NCBI GenBank assembly: GCA_964410905.1
Contig: CAYPIR010000001.1
Location: forward strand, 21,861 to 85,860
Direction: 5' to 3'
DNA from: an uncultured bacterium
Lineage (GTDB): Bacteria; Omnitrophota; Omnitrophia; Omnitrophales; Aquincolibacteriaceae
Length of the DNA: 64,000 bases
This document shows, one piece after another, positions 18,375 to 30,426 of the stretch. Under the pieces are notes generated by a model that was not told the DNA's origin, did not search any database, and saw nothing but the letters and a program-made list of their open reading frames with translations. The stretch's first letter is position 1; each line of letters begins with the position of its first letter. The position numbers and the translations under genes are program-made.

Positions 18375-20336
18375 TTATTCGTAGCGCAGCGCGCGAATAG
18401 GATCAAGCATTGCCGCTTGTTTGGCGGGCCAAAGTCCAAAAACAATACCAACTCCGGCTGAAAAAGCGAACGCTAAAATAAGCGAGGTGGGAGTAATGAT
18501 CATTTTCCAATTGGCAAAAGTCGCGATTGTCCACGATATTCCTGACGCGAGAAAAATTCCGGCGAGTCCTCCCACGAAGGTTACCAAAACAGCTTCTACT
18601 AAAAACTGCGTCAATATATCGTCAGGCGTTGCCCCAAGAGCTTTGCGGAGTCCAATTTCGCGAGTACGTTCTTTTACCGACACAAGCATAATGTTCATAA
18701 TTCCGATGCCGCCGACAACAAGCGAAATCGCCGCGACGCTGCCGAGCAAAACCGAAAAAGTTCTCGTGGTATTTTGAATCGCCGCTTGAAGATCCGCCAT
18801 ATTACGGATAAAAAAACTATCGTATTTATCGGGCGTAAGGCGATGCCTTCGGATAATAAGTTGATTTATTTCTTCTTGAGCTTCCGACATTTTGTCAAGC
18901 GACACCACTTCAACGTCTATTTGATCCACATACTCTTTTCCAAGCAGTCTCCGCATTGCCGTCATAAGCGGAATCAGCACGACATCGTCTTCATCTTGAA
19001 AACCGCTTGAGCCAAGCGAAGGTAAAACACCAAGAATTTGAAAACTTACGCGGTTAATGCGAATGGTTCTGCCAACCGGGTCTTCGCTTCCAAAAAGGTT
19101 ATCCTTTACTGTCTTGCCAATCAACGCCACGCGCTGGCGGCTTTGGTTTTCGTCATTGGTAAAAAACCGTCCAGACACAGGTTCTTGATTTTTCATGGAA
19201 GCGTATTCAGGCACAACGCCCATTACGCGGCTGCTCCAATTTTTATCGCCAAACACAAGCTGCGCGCTGCCGCGGACTTGCGGCGAGACCTTGCTGACTG
19301 TTAAAATCTGCGTCATAGCTTTTGCGTCTTCCACAGTAAATCTTGTCGCGGTTGACGCGTCGACGCTCGCGCCTCTAACTTTTATCGAGCCGGGACGAAT
19401 TATCAAAAGATTAGAACCCATTTTAGATAAATCTTCTCTGATAGACTCTCCCGCTCCTCGCCCAAGCGCGAGCATAGTAATAACGCAAGCCACGCCGATT
19501 AAAACCCCAAGCATTGAAAGGGCGGAACGAAGTTTATTGTTCAGCAGCACTCGTGAAGCCTGCCTAAAATGTTCTTTTAATTCTCCGATGCTGTATTTTT
19601 TCCTTGAAGATGTCCCATGGTTAAATTCTGGAATTTCTAAATCTTTTTTTTCAAAACTTTGTATTTTTTCATCGCTCACAATTCGTCCATCGCTCATACG
19701 AATCACGCGCTCCGCCTGCGCGGCAAGATTTTCATCGTGCGTTACAAGCGCGATAGTCATCCCCTGTCTATGCAAATCTCTAAAAATTTCCATTATTTCT
19801 TTTCCCGCTTTTGAATCAAGATTTCCTGTCGGTTCATCCGCCAAAATCATATATGGATTATTTGCAAGAGCGCGGGCAATTGCGACGCGTTGCTGCTGCC
19901 CGCCGGAAAGCTCATTTGGGCGGTGATTGATTCGTTCTCCTAGTCCTACTTTTTTTAGAAGTTCTCGCGGAATGTCTAAATTTTCTTTTCGACTTTCGGA
20001 GTAAAGAAGCGGAAGGGCTACATTTTCAGCCGCGCTGGAACGCGACATTAAATTGAATTGTTGAAAAACAAATCCAATGGCACGATTCCGCAAAAACGCG
20101 TATTCTTCCTCTCTAAGACCCGCAGTTTCCTTGCCAAGAAGCCTGAAATGTCCAGTGTCTGGAGAATCGAGAAATCCTAAGAGGTGCATAAGCGTGGATT
20201 TGCCGGAACCGGAAGGGCCCATTATTGCGACAAAATCGCCTTTTTCTATCGACAAAGAAATATCTTGAAGCGCGCGAACTTCAACATCGCCAATTTTATA
20301 AATCTTTGAAATATGTTCAGCTTCAAGAAGTTTCAT
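18375..20336 (-). CDS. macB: MacB-type ABC transporter with fused ATPase and permease (FtsX-like). The start is set at MKLLEAEHISKIYK.
   Basis: Walker A GPSGSGKST, ABC signature LSGGQQQRVAIARAL, Walker B ILADEPTGNLD, and a C-terminal 4-TM FtsX-like permease. The chosen start overlaps the macA stop. Confidence 0.85.
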   Translation of the reverse strand: MKLLEAEHISKIYKIGDVEVRALQDISLSIEKGDFVAIMGPSGSGKSTLMHLLGFLDSPDTGHFRLLGKETAGLREEEYAFLRNRAIGFVFQQFNLMSRSSAAENVALPLLYSESRKENLDIPRELLKKVGLGERINHRPNELSGGQQQRVAIARALANNPYMILADEPTGNLDSKAGKEIMEIFRDLHRQGMTIALVTHDENLAAQAERVIRMSDGRIVSDEKIQSFEKKDLEIPEFNHGTSSRKKYSIGELKEHFRQASRVLLNNKLRSALSMLGVLIGVACVITMLALGRGAGESIREDLSKMGSNLLIIRPGSIKVRGASVDASTATRFTVEDAKAMTQILTVSKVSPQVRGSAQLVFGDKNWSSRVMGVVPEYASMKNQEPVSGRFFTNDENQSRQRVALIGKTVKDNLFGSEDPVGRTIRINRVSFQILGVLPSLGSSGFQDEDDVVLIPLMTAMRRLLGKEYVDQIDVEVVSLDKMSEAQEEINQLIIRRHRLTPDKYDSFFIRNMADLQAAIQNTTRTFSVLLGSVAAISLVVGGIGIMNIMLVSVKERTREIGLRKALGATPDDILTQFLVEAVLVTFVGGLAGIFLASGISWTIATFANWKMIITPTSLILAFAFSAGVGIVFGLWPAKQAAMLDPIRALRYE

Positions 20337-20337
20337 A

Positions 20338-21345
20338 TTAAGATTTTTTTGTTCCTGAAGATGACGGCTTTGACGGACGAAAAATATTTGCCGAGCTTTG
20401 TTTTTCGGTTTTACGGACAATAGCTATTTTCTCGTCTTCGCTTAACCCCTTCGTTATAATTGTCATGCTTCCATCTGTATCGCCAAGCTCCACAGCAATA
20501 GGCGTTAATTTTTTCTTATCGTTTTTTTGATAAATGGCAAAGGAACTTTCAAACGGCCGTGCGAGTTCTTTAGGCCAATCCATAATAGCTTCCGACGGCG
20601 CGAGTAAAACATCCTTCGCCTCTTTCACAATAAATGTTACATTCGCAGTCATACCGCTCCTAAACGAATCAGGAACTTCTTCAGGCAACACATCAACTTT
20701 ATAAACATTTACATTGTTTTCCAGCGTGCTTTCAAAGGTGATGTGATCTACCTTTCCTTCAAATGTTTCATTACGATACGCATCCAAGCGAATCTCCGCT
20801 CGTTGCCCTATTTTAATTAATGAAAGGTCTGTTTCATCTACTAACCCCTCAACAATCAACCTGTCGGAAACTACCACAACGGCATCCGTAGTCGATACTG
20901 TTTGACCCGGCTCAACGGAACGGACAATAACCATTCCATCAAGCGGCGACAGCAAAGGCGCCGGCTTATACGCTTCTTCCCATCTTTTTAATGTCTCAGG
21001 ACTCTCACCGCGAGCCGCGTCAAGAAGCACCGCGCGCTCGACTGAACTCATATAAGCAAGAATCTGTCCACGATTTACCATCTCGCCTTCTCGGACAAGA
21101 ATATCTTCTATACGTCCTGCTATCGGCGCTTTGACTTCAACGCGGTTGTAAGGTTTAACCGTTCCCGTCGCCGTAACGCTTAGCCACAAATCTCCGCGCG
21201 TAATTTTATCCATTCTTATTAGTTCTAAACCGTCAGACGATTTTCCGCATGAAGAAAATCCTTGCATCGCTCCGATTAAAATTACTATTAAAATTATCCA
21301 TTTCAAAAATCCACGTTTTTTATTTTTTTGATTGTTCATAATCAT
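20338..21345 (-). CDS. macA: Periplasmic adaptor (membrane-fusion, HlyD family) subunit of the efflux pump.
   Basis: Lipobox-like N-terminus (…GFSSCGK) and a coiled-coil/beta-barrel MFP pattern. It lies between the tolC-like gene and macB. Confidence 0.8.
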   Translation of the reverse strand: MIMNNQKNKKRGFLKWIILIVILIGAMQGFSSCGKSSDGLELIRMDKITRGDLWLSVTATGTVKPYNRVEVKAPIAGRIEDILVREGEMVNRGQILAYMSSVERAVLLDAARGESPETLKRWEEAYKPAPLLSPLDGMVIVRSVEPGQTVSTTDAVVVVSDRLIVEGLVDETDLSLIKIGQRAEIRLDAYRNETFEGKVDHITFESTLENNVNVYKVDVLPEEVPDSFRSGMTANVTFIVKEAKDVLLAPSEAIMDWPKELARPFESSFAIYQKNDKKKLTPIAVELGDTDGSMTIITKGLSEDEKIAIVRKTEKQSSANIFRPSKPSSSGTKKS

Positions 21346-22675
21346 CCTCTAAAGTCACGCCGCGGACTTTGTCCCAATTGGCTTGTTGTTGAAATACATT
21401 CGCAAGACTTTCGACATAATCTTTTTCCGCGCTGACGCTTTCCTGTTCCGCCGTGTCAAAATCGGTAAAATTAACAAGCCCGCTCGAATATTCAGCGCGA
21501 ATAATTTCAGCGCGTTTACGGCTCGCCTCTAAAAACTTCTTTTTAACTTCGACATATTCCATAGCGTCCACATACTTTGTCCATATCTCTGCTAACGACG
21601 CGACCGCCTCATCACGCGCGCTTTTCGCCGTCCGTTCCGCCGCTTCATAATCCGCCTTCGCTTTACGTATTGCCGCGACATTCTTTCCGCCTTCAAAGAA
21701 CGGTATGGAAACAGAAACTCCAAGAGATCCCGAATCACGCAGATTTGACGAGCGATCGCCTGAGTATCCGTAATTATATGTTCCGTCCACCTGCGGCAAT
21801 ACCGAAGATTGCGCTGAAACCATATCGGCTTTAGCCGCTTCCGCGAGTTTAATTAATCGATTAACGCCAAAATTCGCTTCCGCGAGTTCTACATAATTTG
21901 GAGTTTCCGCTCGAAGTTCTTCTATCATTTTTTCAAGGTCATCACCGATAGTAAGCGGTAAAACAAATTCCCCGCCGCTTTCTCGCGATAAACGAAGCGA
22001 TTCACTTTCGATTTGTCTTTGAGTCTGCCCCACATCATAAACCGCCTGACTTGCCGCAGCTTCTGCCCGCAGCGACGAGCCTAAATTTTCACGCCCCGCA
22101 CCGTAACGGAGTCTGACAAGTTCCGCATTCTGTTTCCTGCGCTCTTCAATTTGTTTATTGGTAGCGAGAAGTCTTTCATAACGAATTAATTCCACATATG
22201 AAGAACGCAGTCTATATCGAACCTCTGAACTTATCGTCTGATATTGCCATTGAAGAGCTTCAAGTTGTCTGCCCGCTTTAATCCATTTTCCGGTAATATC
22301 TCCGCCGTGGAAAATAGGCTGTGTGGCCTTTATGTTAAGCGCGAGGCTATCGCCTGTTTTACTGGTGTTTGTTGAGCGTCCAACGTTTTTTTGAACTTCG
22401 CCTTGAACCAAAGGAAGATAATCGCCGAACGCGCTATCTTTGTTTCTCTCGCCGGATGTAATTTGAAAACGGGCCTCTTGAAGATCCGGGTTTTGACTAA
22501 GCGTTTGCCTGACAAGTCCGTCCCAAGTAAGAATTTTCGCGTCATTACTTTTTGAGATTTTCAATTGAGGCAAAGAGACGGCAAGACAACCCGACAATAA
22601 AAACACGGTTGCCAAAATAAACGCGTTAGAAATTTTTTTTCGATACGAAGTTTTTCTGTTTTTCATAAGAGGCAA
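21320..22675 (-). CDS. TolC-like outer-membrane efflux protein (OEP family).
   Basis: Signal peptide and lipobox (LLSGC), with a duplicated OEP repeat architecture. Confidence 0.8.
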   Translation of the reverse strand: MPLMKNRKTSYRKKISNAFILATVFLLSGCLAVSLPQLKISKSNDAKILTWDGLVRQTLSQNPDLQEARFQITSGERNKDSAFGDYLPLVQGEVQKNVGRSTNTSKTGDSLALNIKATQPIFHGGDITGKWIKAGRQLEALQWQYQTISSEVRYRLRSSYVELIRYERLLATNKQIEERRKQNAELVRLRYGAGRENLGSSLRAEAAASQAVYDVGQTQRQIESESLRLSRESGGEFVLPLTIGDDLEKMIEELRAETPNYVELAEANFGVNRLIKLAEAAKADMVSAQSSVLPQVDGTYNYGYSGDRSSNLRDSGSLGVSVSIPFFEGGKNVAAIRKAKADYEAAERTAKSARDEAVASLAEIWTKYVDAMEYVEVKKKFLEASRKRAEIIRAEYSSGLVNFTDFDTAEQESVSAEKDYVESLANVFQQQANWDKVRGVTLEDDYEQSKK

Positions 22676-22741
22676 ATCATACCAAAACTTTATGATGTTT
22701 AATACAGGAAGGAATCGACATTTTTTTATTTTTATATCGTT

Positions 22742-25047
<2,306 letters not shown>

Positions 25048-25054
25048 TTTTTTC

Positions 25055-25597
25055 TTATTTTCCACCTTCGTCCACCTCCAACAATTGATTGCGGATATGA
25101 TAAGCGACAATTCCAAACGCGACAGAAACGTTTAACGAGTTTTTCAGTCCCGACATTTCAATTTCTACGGTTTCATCGCAGAGTTTCACCAACTCATCAG
25201 ACACACCCGAGACTTCATTGCCCAGCACAAGACAAACCGCTCCCGTCGGTTTGTAGTCTTGATAAGGGATACTATTGTCGAGTTGTTCTAAAAAAACAAT
25301 TCTGTAGCCGAGAGATTTAAGTTCCGTCAGAAGCTCCGCTGCGTTTTTGCGATATTCCCAAGTGATTTTTTTCTCGGCTCCAAGCGCAGTTTTAGAAATT
25401 TGGTTATCAGGCGGACAGCCCGTAATTCCGCACAGGTAGAGTTTTTCCAGCCCCGCTCCATCGGCTGTTCGGAAAACAGAACCCACATTATAGAGGCTGC
25501 GAATATTATTTAGGACGGCACAAAATGGAAGGCAGCGTTCATTTTCTTGCGTTCTTTTTTGCCGAACAAGAAGTTCTTCATGACTTAGTTTACGCAT
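25055..25597 (-). CDS. SpoU-family RNA 2'-O-methyltransferase (TrmH/TrmL-like).
   Basis: SPOUT motifs …[11 protein letters not shown]… and …[11 protein letters not shown]. Confidence 0.75.
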   Translation of the reverse strand: MRKLSHEELLVRQKRTQENERCLPFCAVLNNIRSLYNVGSVFRTADGAGLEKLYLCGITGCPPDNQISKTALGAEKKITWEYRKNAAELLTELKSLGYRIVFLEQLDNSIPYQDYKPTGAVCLVLGNEVSGVSDELVKLCDETVEIEMSGLKNSLNVSVAFGIVAYHIRNQLLEVDEGGK

Positions 25598-25603
25598 AAC
25601 AAA

Positions 25604-26371
25604 TTATTTTTTGTTATCCCAAACATAATATCTTCTGTATCCCCAGTGATAAACGCTTTCAGGAATTTTTCTCAAAAACCAAACTACAACTCTCCACCAA
25701 CCCGGCACATAAGCGACCCGCTTCCTTTTTTGAATCACTTTATAAATTTTTTCAGCGGCAATTTCGGGCGAGATAATTCCGACAAGCCCTTTTCTTCCAT
25801 GCAACAATTTTGTATTAACAAACCCCGGTCTTATGTCTATAACTTTGACATCCGTCAGTGAAAACTTTTGCCGCAATCCTTCCATATAATTTGAAACAAA
25901 TGCCTTTGAGGCGTTGTAAGACGGCGAACGGCCGCTGCCTCTGTGCGATGCAACTGACGAAATTCCTACGATACAACCTGTCTTTTTTTTAAAAAAATAT
26001 TCCACTGCAACATTTATCATTGCCGCAAAACCCATCGCATTTACTTTTATCATTTCCTCTTCGCCCGCCCAAGCAAGCGTTTCGTTTTGGACTAGGACTC
26101 CCGCGTTTATAATTATCAAATCAACCCCGGCCAGCACCATAATCAAGTTCCTAAGTTCATGCATTGCTTCTCCGACGTCACGGACATCTATTACGCGGAC
26201 AACAGTTTCGCCTTGAATTTCGTTTTGAAGCGCGCCAAGCGTTTCTTGATTACGCCCAGCGATTCCGACCACATAGCCTTCCGTAGAAAGTTTTTTTGCG
26301 ATTGCGCGGCCGATACCGCTTCCCGCACCAATCACTATTGCTTTTTTAGGCGAGGTGTTTAGATTTGTCAT
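25604..26371 (-). CDS. Short-chain dehydrogenase/reductase (SDR).
   Basis: TGASSGIG-like [15 protein letters not shown], and a catalytic S…YNASK motif. Confidence 0.85.
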   Translation of the reverse strand: MTNLNTSPKKAIVIGAGSGIGRAIAKKLSTEGYVVGIAGRNQETLGALQNEIQGETVVRVIDVRDVGEAMHELRNLIMVLAGVDLIIINAGVLVQNETLAWAGEEEMIKVNAMGFAAMINVAVEYFFKKKTGCIVGISSVASHRGSGRSPSYNASKAFVSNYMEGLRQKFSLTDVKVIDIRPGFVNTKLLHGRKGLVGIISPEIAAEKIYKVIQKRKRVAYVPGWWRVVVWFLRKIPESVYHWGYRRYYVWDNKK

Positions 26372-26559
26372 TTGTTTATGGATAAAAATTTTTCAATGGA
26401 ACGGTCGAAGGTTTTTTCAACAGATTGGGGGAAATAACAGGCGGGTAGTTGTTTACGACTTCTATGATACGCTACGCATTCACAACAAATGCCTTTCCGC
26501 GGGCAAGGTTCGTAGGAACAATTACAAAAACTTTTATTTTTAGTGCTTTTGCATTCCAT
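26368..26559 (-). CDS. Small cysteine-rich protein (63 aa, resembling a zf-like Cys-rich small domain).
   Basis: [21 protein letters not shown]…PACYFP. It overlaps the SDR start by 4 nt. Confidence 0.5.
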   Translation of the reverse strand: MECKSTKNKSFCNCSYEPCPRKGICCECVAYHRSRKQLPACYFPQSVEKTFDRSIEKFLSINK

Positions 26560-26611
26560 TTTAGGCTCTCTCTATTTCGCTTTCTCGTTAAAAACTTTCA
26601 CGGCATGTCTT

Positions 26612-26635
26612 ATTCCGTAAATTCCGTGATTCCGT
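26612..26635. promoter_or_regulatory. Three direct repeats of ATTCCGT (spacing 9 and 8 nt) upstream of the Cys-rich/SDR/SpoU gene string.
   Basis: Read directly from the sequence: tATTCCGTaaATTCCGTgATTCCGTtt. Confidence 0.4.
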
Positions 26636-26871
26636 TTCGTTGAATTCTTTTAGTTAAGAAGTCATCTCGCGCGTAGCAGCAGGATCTAGATTCTGTGACG
26701 TTAAAAAACAACGCACAGAATAACTATTCAAAAAATCTTCAATGTATAACCGTTTCACTATTATCACGAGAAGATTACCATCAGTCGCACACCTACTCTT
26801 CGCTTCGGACGCTGCCCCCTTTTTTTGTTTACCTTTCAGGAAGCCTTCGACTTTTACAAATCACAGAAAAG

Positions 26872-26948
26872 TGGTCGGGGCGATTGGATTCGAACCAACG
26901 GCCTCTCGGTCCCGAACCGAGCGCACTACCAAGCTGTGCTACGCCCCG
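26872..26948 (-). tRNA. tRNA-Pro (anticodon CGG), with an encoded CCA.
   Basis: Reverse complement CGGGGCGTAGCACAGCTTGGTAGTGCGCTCGGTTCGGGACCGAGAGGCCGTTGGTTCGAATCCAATCGCCCCGACCA. It has a C1:G72 pair, a 7-bp acceptor stem, D-stem GCAC/GTGC, anticodon loop TTCGGGA and T-loop TTCGAAT. Confidence 0.9.
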
Positions 26949-27011
26949 AATATTTTTTATGAAGGTTGGAAGTATATCAAATTTCAATTTTTCATTGGAT
27001 AAAAATATCCA

Positions 27012-28232
27012 TCAATTTTCAAGTGAATTAGGCTCTTCCTCAGCCTCTAATTTCACGTTATATTTAATCCCTAATCTTTCTAGTTTAATAGCAGATTTAA
27101 CAATGCCTTGCCCACCGGTTAGCTTCGTATTTGCTTTTTCATACGCTTTTTGCACTTCCCCTAACTTACTTCCAACATCTTCCATAGCATCAACAAAGCC
27201 TTCAACTCGGCTGTGCATTTCCTCACCCGTCTTAATGATTGCCTCCATATTTTTGCTTGTCTTGTCTATGCTCCACAAATTGTCCACGACTTTCAAAATT
27301 GGGAAAAGCGAAGATGCTGTCGCGATAGCAATTTTTCTCGCCGCAGCAAACTCAAACAAATCAGGAGATGCTTCAAGCGCCGCAAAATACGCATACTCTA
27401 TTGGGATAAACATAATGACAAAATCCGGACTCCGCCCATTCACCTTTTTGCTTTTTTGATATTCCTTAGACGTCAGCCCTTTTATATGATTTTTTATATC
27501 TTCAACTAGCGCGTTTAAATATTTATTTTTTTCATCAATATCAGCTCCATTAACCCAAGCTGAATAATTCACAAGCGACATTTTGGAATCGATTATAACT
27601 TTTCTATCGTCCGGCAAAGACACGACACAATCAAGTATCACCTTCTCTGAATCTTCGCTTTTATCCGCAAATTGCAGCTCGTAATTCACCCCTTTTTGAA
27701 GCCCCGCCATTTGCAGCACGCGCTCAAGCAGCACTTCGCCCCAATTCCCTTGCATTTTTTTATTTTGCAAGGCATTGGTTAATTCGTTTGCTTCTTTAGA
27801 CAAATTTTGATTCAAATTTTTCAAATCGTGAAACGCCAACTCAAACGAGCGGTTTTTTTCCATTTGTTCTTTGTGAAGTCTCTCTATTGTTTCTTTATAA
27901 ACATTCATCTTTTCTTTTAAAGGATCAATCAACCCCGACATTTCTTTTTGGTTTACATCCTTAAAGTCCTTGGAATGTTCTCGAACAATATCTGCGGCAA
28001 TTGCTTTAAATGTATCAGCGGCGTTTGAGATAATCGCTTCGTTTTCGCGTTTAAGCTGCTCCCGCTGTTGGATAAGACTATCTTTATCTTTTTGAAGCGC
28101 TGTTTTCTCGACTTCGTATTGCGTTATTTTTCGCTGAAATTCGTTTGCTCCTTGCAAAATACCATTTTTTTTACCTAATAAAAATCCTGCCGCGCAGCCC
28201 AAAACCGCCAAAATAACTAGAATGATTTCCAT
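27012..28232 (-). CDS. rmuC: DNA recombination protein RmuC.
   Basis: N-terminal TM segment, a long coiled-coil, and an RmuC-like C-terminal domain (…FVIMFIPIEYAY…). Confidence 0.8.
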   Translation of the reverse strand: MEIILVILAVLGCAAGFLLGKKNGILQGANEFQRKITQYEVEKTALQKDKDSLIQQREQLKRENEAIISNAADTFKAIAADIVREHSKDFKDVNQKEMSGLIDPLKEKMNVYKETIERLHKEQMEKNRSFELAFHDLKNLNQNLSKEANELTNALQNKKMQGNWGEVLLERVLQMAGLQKGVNYELQFADKSEDSEKVILDCVVSLPDDRKVIIDSKMSLVNYSAWVNGADIDEKNKYLNALVEDIKNHIKGLTSKEYQKSKKVNGRSPDFVIMFIPIEYAYFAALEASPDLFEFAAARKIAIATASSLFPILKVVDNLWSIDKTSKNMEAIIKTGEEMHSRVEGFVDAMEDVGSKLGEVQKAYEKANTKLTGGQGIVKSAIKLERLGIKYNVKLEAEEEPNSLEN

Positions 28233-28270
28233 AAATTTTTCTCCCGCGTTTAAGCTTTTATATTAATTAA

Positions 28271-30028
28271 TTATTCAGCAAAAGCCGCTTCGTCAGAAAT
28301 AATTTCTTGTGAATGCGAAGAAGAAGCTGAGGATAAATTTTTTCTGGCTCTGAAACCTTGCGTTAAAAGCGCCGCTTCCATCACCTCTTTAAACACAGGC
28401 GCGGCAACAGTTCCGCCGTAATAGGACGGATGCGGATCGTCCAAGACAACAACCATCGCGTATTGAGGGTTATCAGCGGGAACAAACCCAATAAAAGAAG
28501 ACATAAAATTGCTATGTGAATAACCTTTACCGTTAGGCAAAACCTTTTGAGCAGTTCCCGTTTTTCCGCCGACAGAAACATTTTCAATTTTCGCGCGAGT
28601 TCCTGTCCCCCGCTCAACCACTTCTGTCAAAATATCACGCATAGTTTTGGCGACTTCAGGCTTTATGACGCGCCTTTTTGTTATCGGTTTTTTCTTCTTT
28701 ATAACAACGCCGGAAGCATCTCGTATTTCCGAAATAATATACGGCTGCATCAACACGCCGTCATTTGCTATCACGGACATTGCCGTTACCATCTGTAGCG
28801 CCGTTACCGTAACCTCTTGTCCCATGGGAATATTGTAAGGTGATGTTTTCGACCATTGGGCGACGGGCCGCGTAAATCCAGAAACCTCGCCGGGCAAATC
28901 CACACCCGTAATTTTTCCGAAACCAAAACTTTGAACATAACTTTGAAATTTGTCGCTTCCCATTTTTAAGGCGATTTTCACAGTCCCAATGTTGCTTGAT
29001 TTAATCATAACCTCGCTCATCGGTATCGTCCCATACGGGTGCACATCGCGAAGAGTTTTTACGCCATAATTCCATTTTCCTTTTTCGCAATTAAAATTCG
29101 TATCGGGAGTTACAACTCCGTCATTCAACGCGCCTGAGCCCGCAACAATTTTAAACACAGAACCAGGCTCATACGTATCTGTTACTGAACGGTTGCGTTT
29201 AGAATCAGCGGTCGCTTTGGCATAATAATTTGGATCAAAGCCCGGCTGATTCGCCATAGCCAAAATCTCTCCCGTTTTCGGATTCAAAACAATAGCCCAC
29301 GCGCCCTTCGCGTTCCATTGTTTATACGCCGCTTCAAGAGCCTTTTCCGTCAAGTATTGCAAATGCTGGTCTATGGTGAGCACTATGCGATTTCCGTCTA
29401 TGGCCGGAAGACTTTTCATTTCAAAGGCTTTAATTTCTCTGCCGAGTGCGTCCCGCTGCGTTATCCGCTGACCGGATTTTCCGCAAAGTTCACCATTGAG
29501 CGACCGCTCCAAACCATCCAAGCCTTCGTTATCAACATTAGAAAATCCCAAGACCTGCGAAAGCATCGTCCCTTGCGGATAAAACCGTTTGTATTCTTCC
29601 ATAATTCCAAACTCCGAACTCTTGAGCGCTTTAATTTTGTCAGCCTCTTCTATGGTTACGTGCCTCTTTAACCATACGAAAGCTTTATCGCGTTTGAGAC
29701 GCTCCTTTGCCCAATCAATTTCTAATCCTAAAATTTTTGAAATTTCTTTGGCAAGAGTGTCGACCTCATCGCTAGGAATAATTCGAGGCACCGCGTAAAT
29801 TGAAGGAACTTTTAAATTGGTAACAAATTCTTTTCCATTGCGGTCGGTAATAGAACCTCGAAGCGGCGGGATATCGATACGAACAATATGCTGGCTATTG
29901 GCTCGTTTTAAAAGTGATTGGCGGCGAATGCAGGTAAGTTGAACAAACTGATAAATGATTAGGCTAAAGAGGAGAAAAATCACGCCGTATACAACCCAAA
30001 ATCGCTTGAGAGGAAGCGGCGTTCGCAT
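28271..30028 (-). CDS. ftsI: Peptidoglycan D,D-transpeptidase (class B PBP, FtsI/PBP3-like).
   Basis: SxxK (SVFK), SSN and KTG motifs, plus an N-terminal TM segment. It lies downstream of ftsL. Confidence 0.85.
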   Translation of the reverse strand: MRTPLPLKRFWVVYGVIFLLFSLIIYQFVQLTCIRRQSLLKRANSQHIVRIDIPPLRGSITDRNGKEFVTNLKVPSIYAVPRIIPSDEVDTLAKEISKILGLEIDWAKERLKRDKAFVWLKRHVTIEEADKIKALKSSEFGIMEEYKRFYPQGTMLSQVLGFSNVDNEGLDGLERSLNGELCGKSGQRITQRDALGREIKAFEMKSLPAIDGNRIVLTIDQHLQYLTEKALEAAYKQWNAKGAWAIVLNPKTGEILAMANQPGFDPNYYAKATADSKRNRSVTDTYEPGSVFKIVAGSGALNDGVVTPDTNFNCEKGKWNYGVKTLRDVHPYGTIPMSEVMIKSSNIGTVKIALKMGSDKFQSYVQSFGFGKITGVDLPGEVSGFTRPVAQWSKTSPYNIPMGQEVTVTALQMVTAMSVIANDGVLMQPYIISEIRDASGVVIKKKKPITKRRVIKPEVAKTMRDILTEVVERGTGTRAKIENVSVGGKTGTAQKVLPNGKGYSHSNFMSSFIGFVPADNPQYAMVVVLDDPHPSYYGGTVAAPVFKEVMEAALLTQGFRARKNLSSASSSHSQEIISDEAAFAE

Positions 30029-30030
30029 TT

Positions 30031-30426
30031 TTAAGAAATCGAATCAGTTTTAGCAGCCTGCGCGGTTTGAATCCATTTACCAAAGAAATTCATAATTTCA
30101 GATGAAAAAGACCGCGTTGTTTTTTCAAGCACTGCGGCAGAAATAACACGGTCGGCAATAGCCGGAACTTCAACCACCTGAACTTTATTGGGCAAAGTCA
30201 AGCCCATATCGTAGTGTTTCATTTTTTCTTCAAGAAGGCGGGGGGCCCTCAACTGCTCTATTTTGTAAGCAAACTTTCTGAGAATCTCTTGTTTCTGCTC
30301 CAAAGACTTTTTATTCTTATCAATATCAAGGGAAACGATTACGCTGCCCAATTGAAAATGGACATAGAAAATCACCAAAAAAGCGACTGCCGCAATTGCA
30401 AGTAAACTTTTTACGCTGCCTTTCAT
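30031..30426 (-). CDS. ftsL: Cell division protein FtsL-like.
   Basis: Small bitopic protein with a TM segment plus coiled-coil, in the canonical position between rsmH and ftsI. Confidence 0.65.
   Translation of the reverse strand: MKGSVKSLLAIAAVAFLVIFYVHFQLGSVIVSLDIDKNKKSLEQKQEILRKFAYKIEQLRAPRLLEEKMKHYDMGLTLPNKVQVVEVPAIADRVISAAVLEKTTRSFSSEIMNFFGKWIQTAQAAKTDSIS

Noticed and set aside
17075-18451. N-terminally extended ORF-track versions of the MFS, macB, acyP, mqnA and rluD genes.
   Set aside because: The extensions overlap upstream genes or lack family-typical N-termini. Internal Met starts with ATGA-type overlaps or conserved N-terminal motifs were preferred.
19195-19926. 243-aa plus-strand ORF.
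   Set aside because: It is entirely antisense to the well-supported macB gene. It has low complexity (Ser/Pro/Ala/Cys-rich) and no start context. It is a typical shadow ORF.
26695-27459. 254-aa plus-strand ORF spanning tRNA-Pro and the rmuC 3' end.
   Set aside because: It overlaps a confidently folded tRNA gene and is antisense to rmuC, so it is spurious.
30060-30085. GGTTTGAATCC, a T-loop-like string suggestive of a tRNA.
   Set aside because: It lies inside the ftsL coding sequence and no acceptor or anticodon stems can be drawn.
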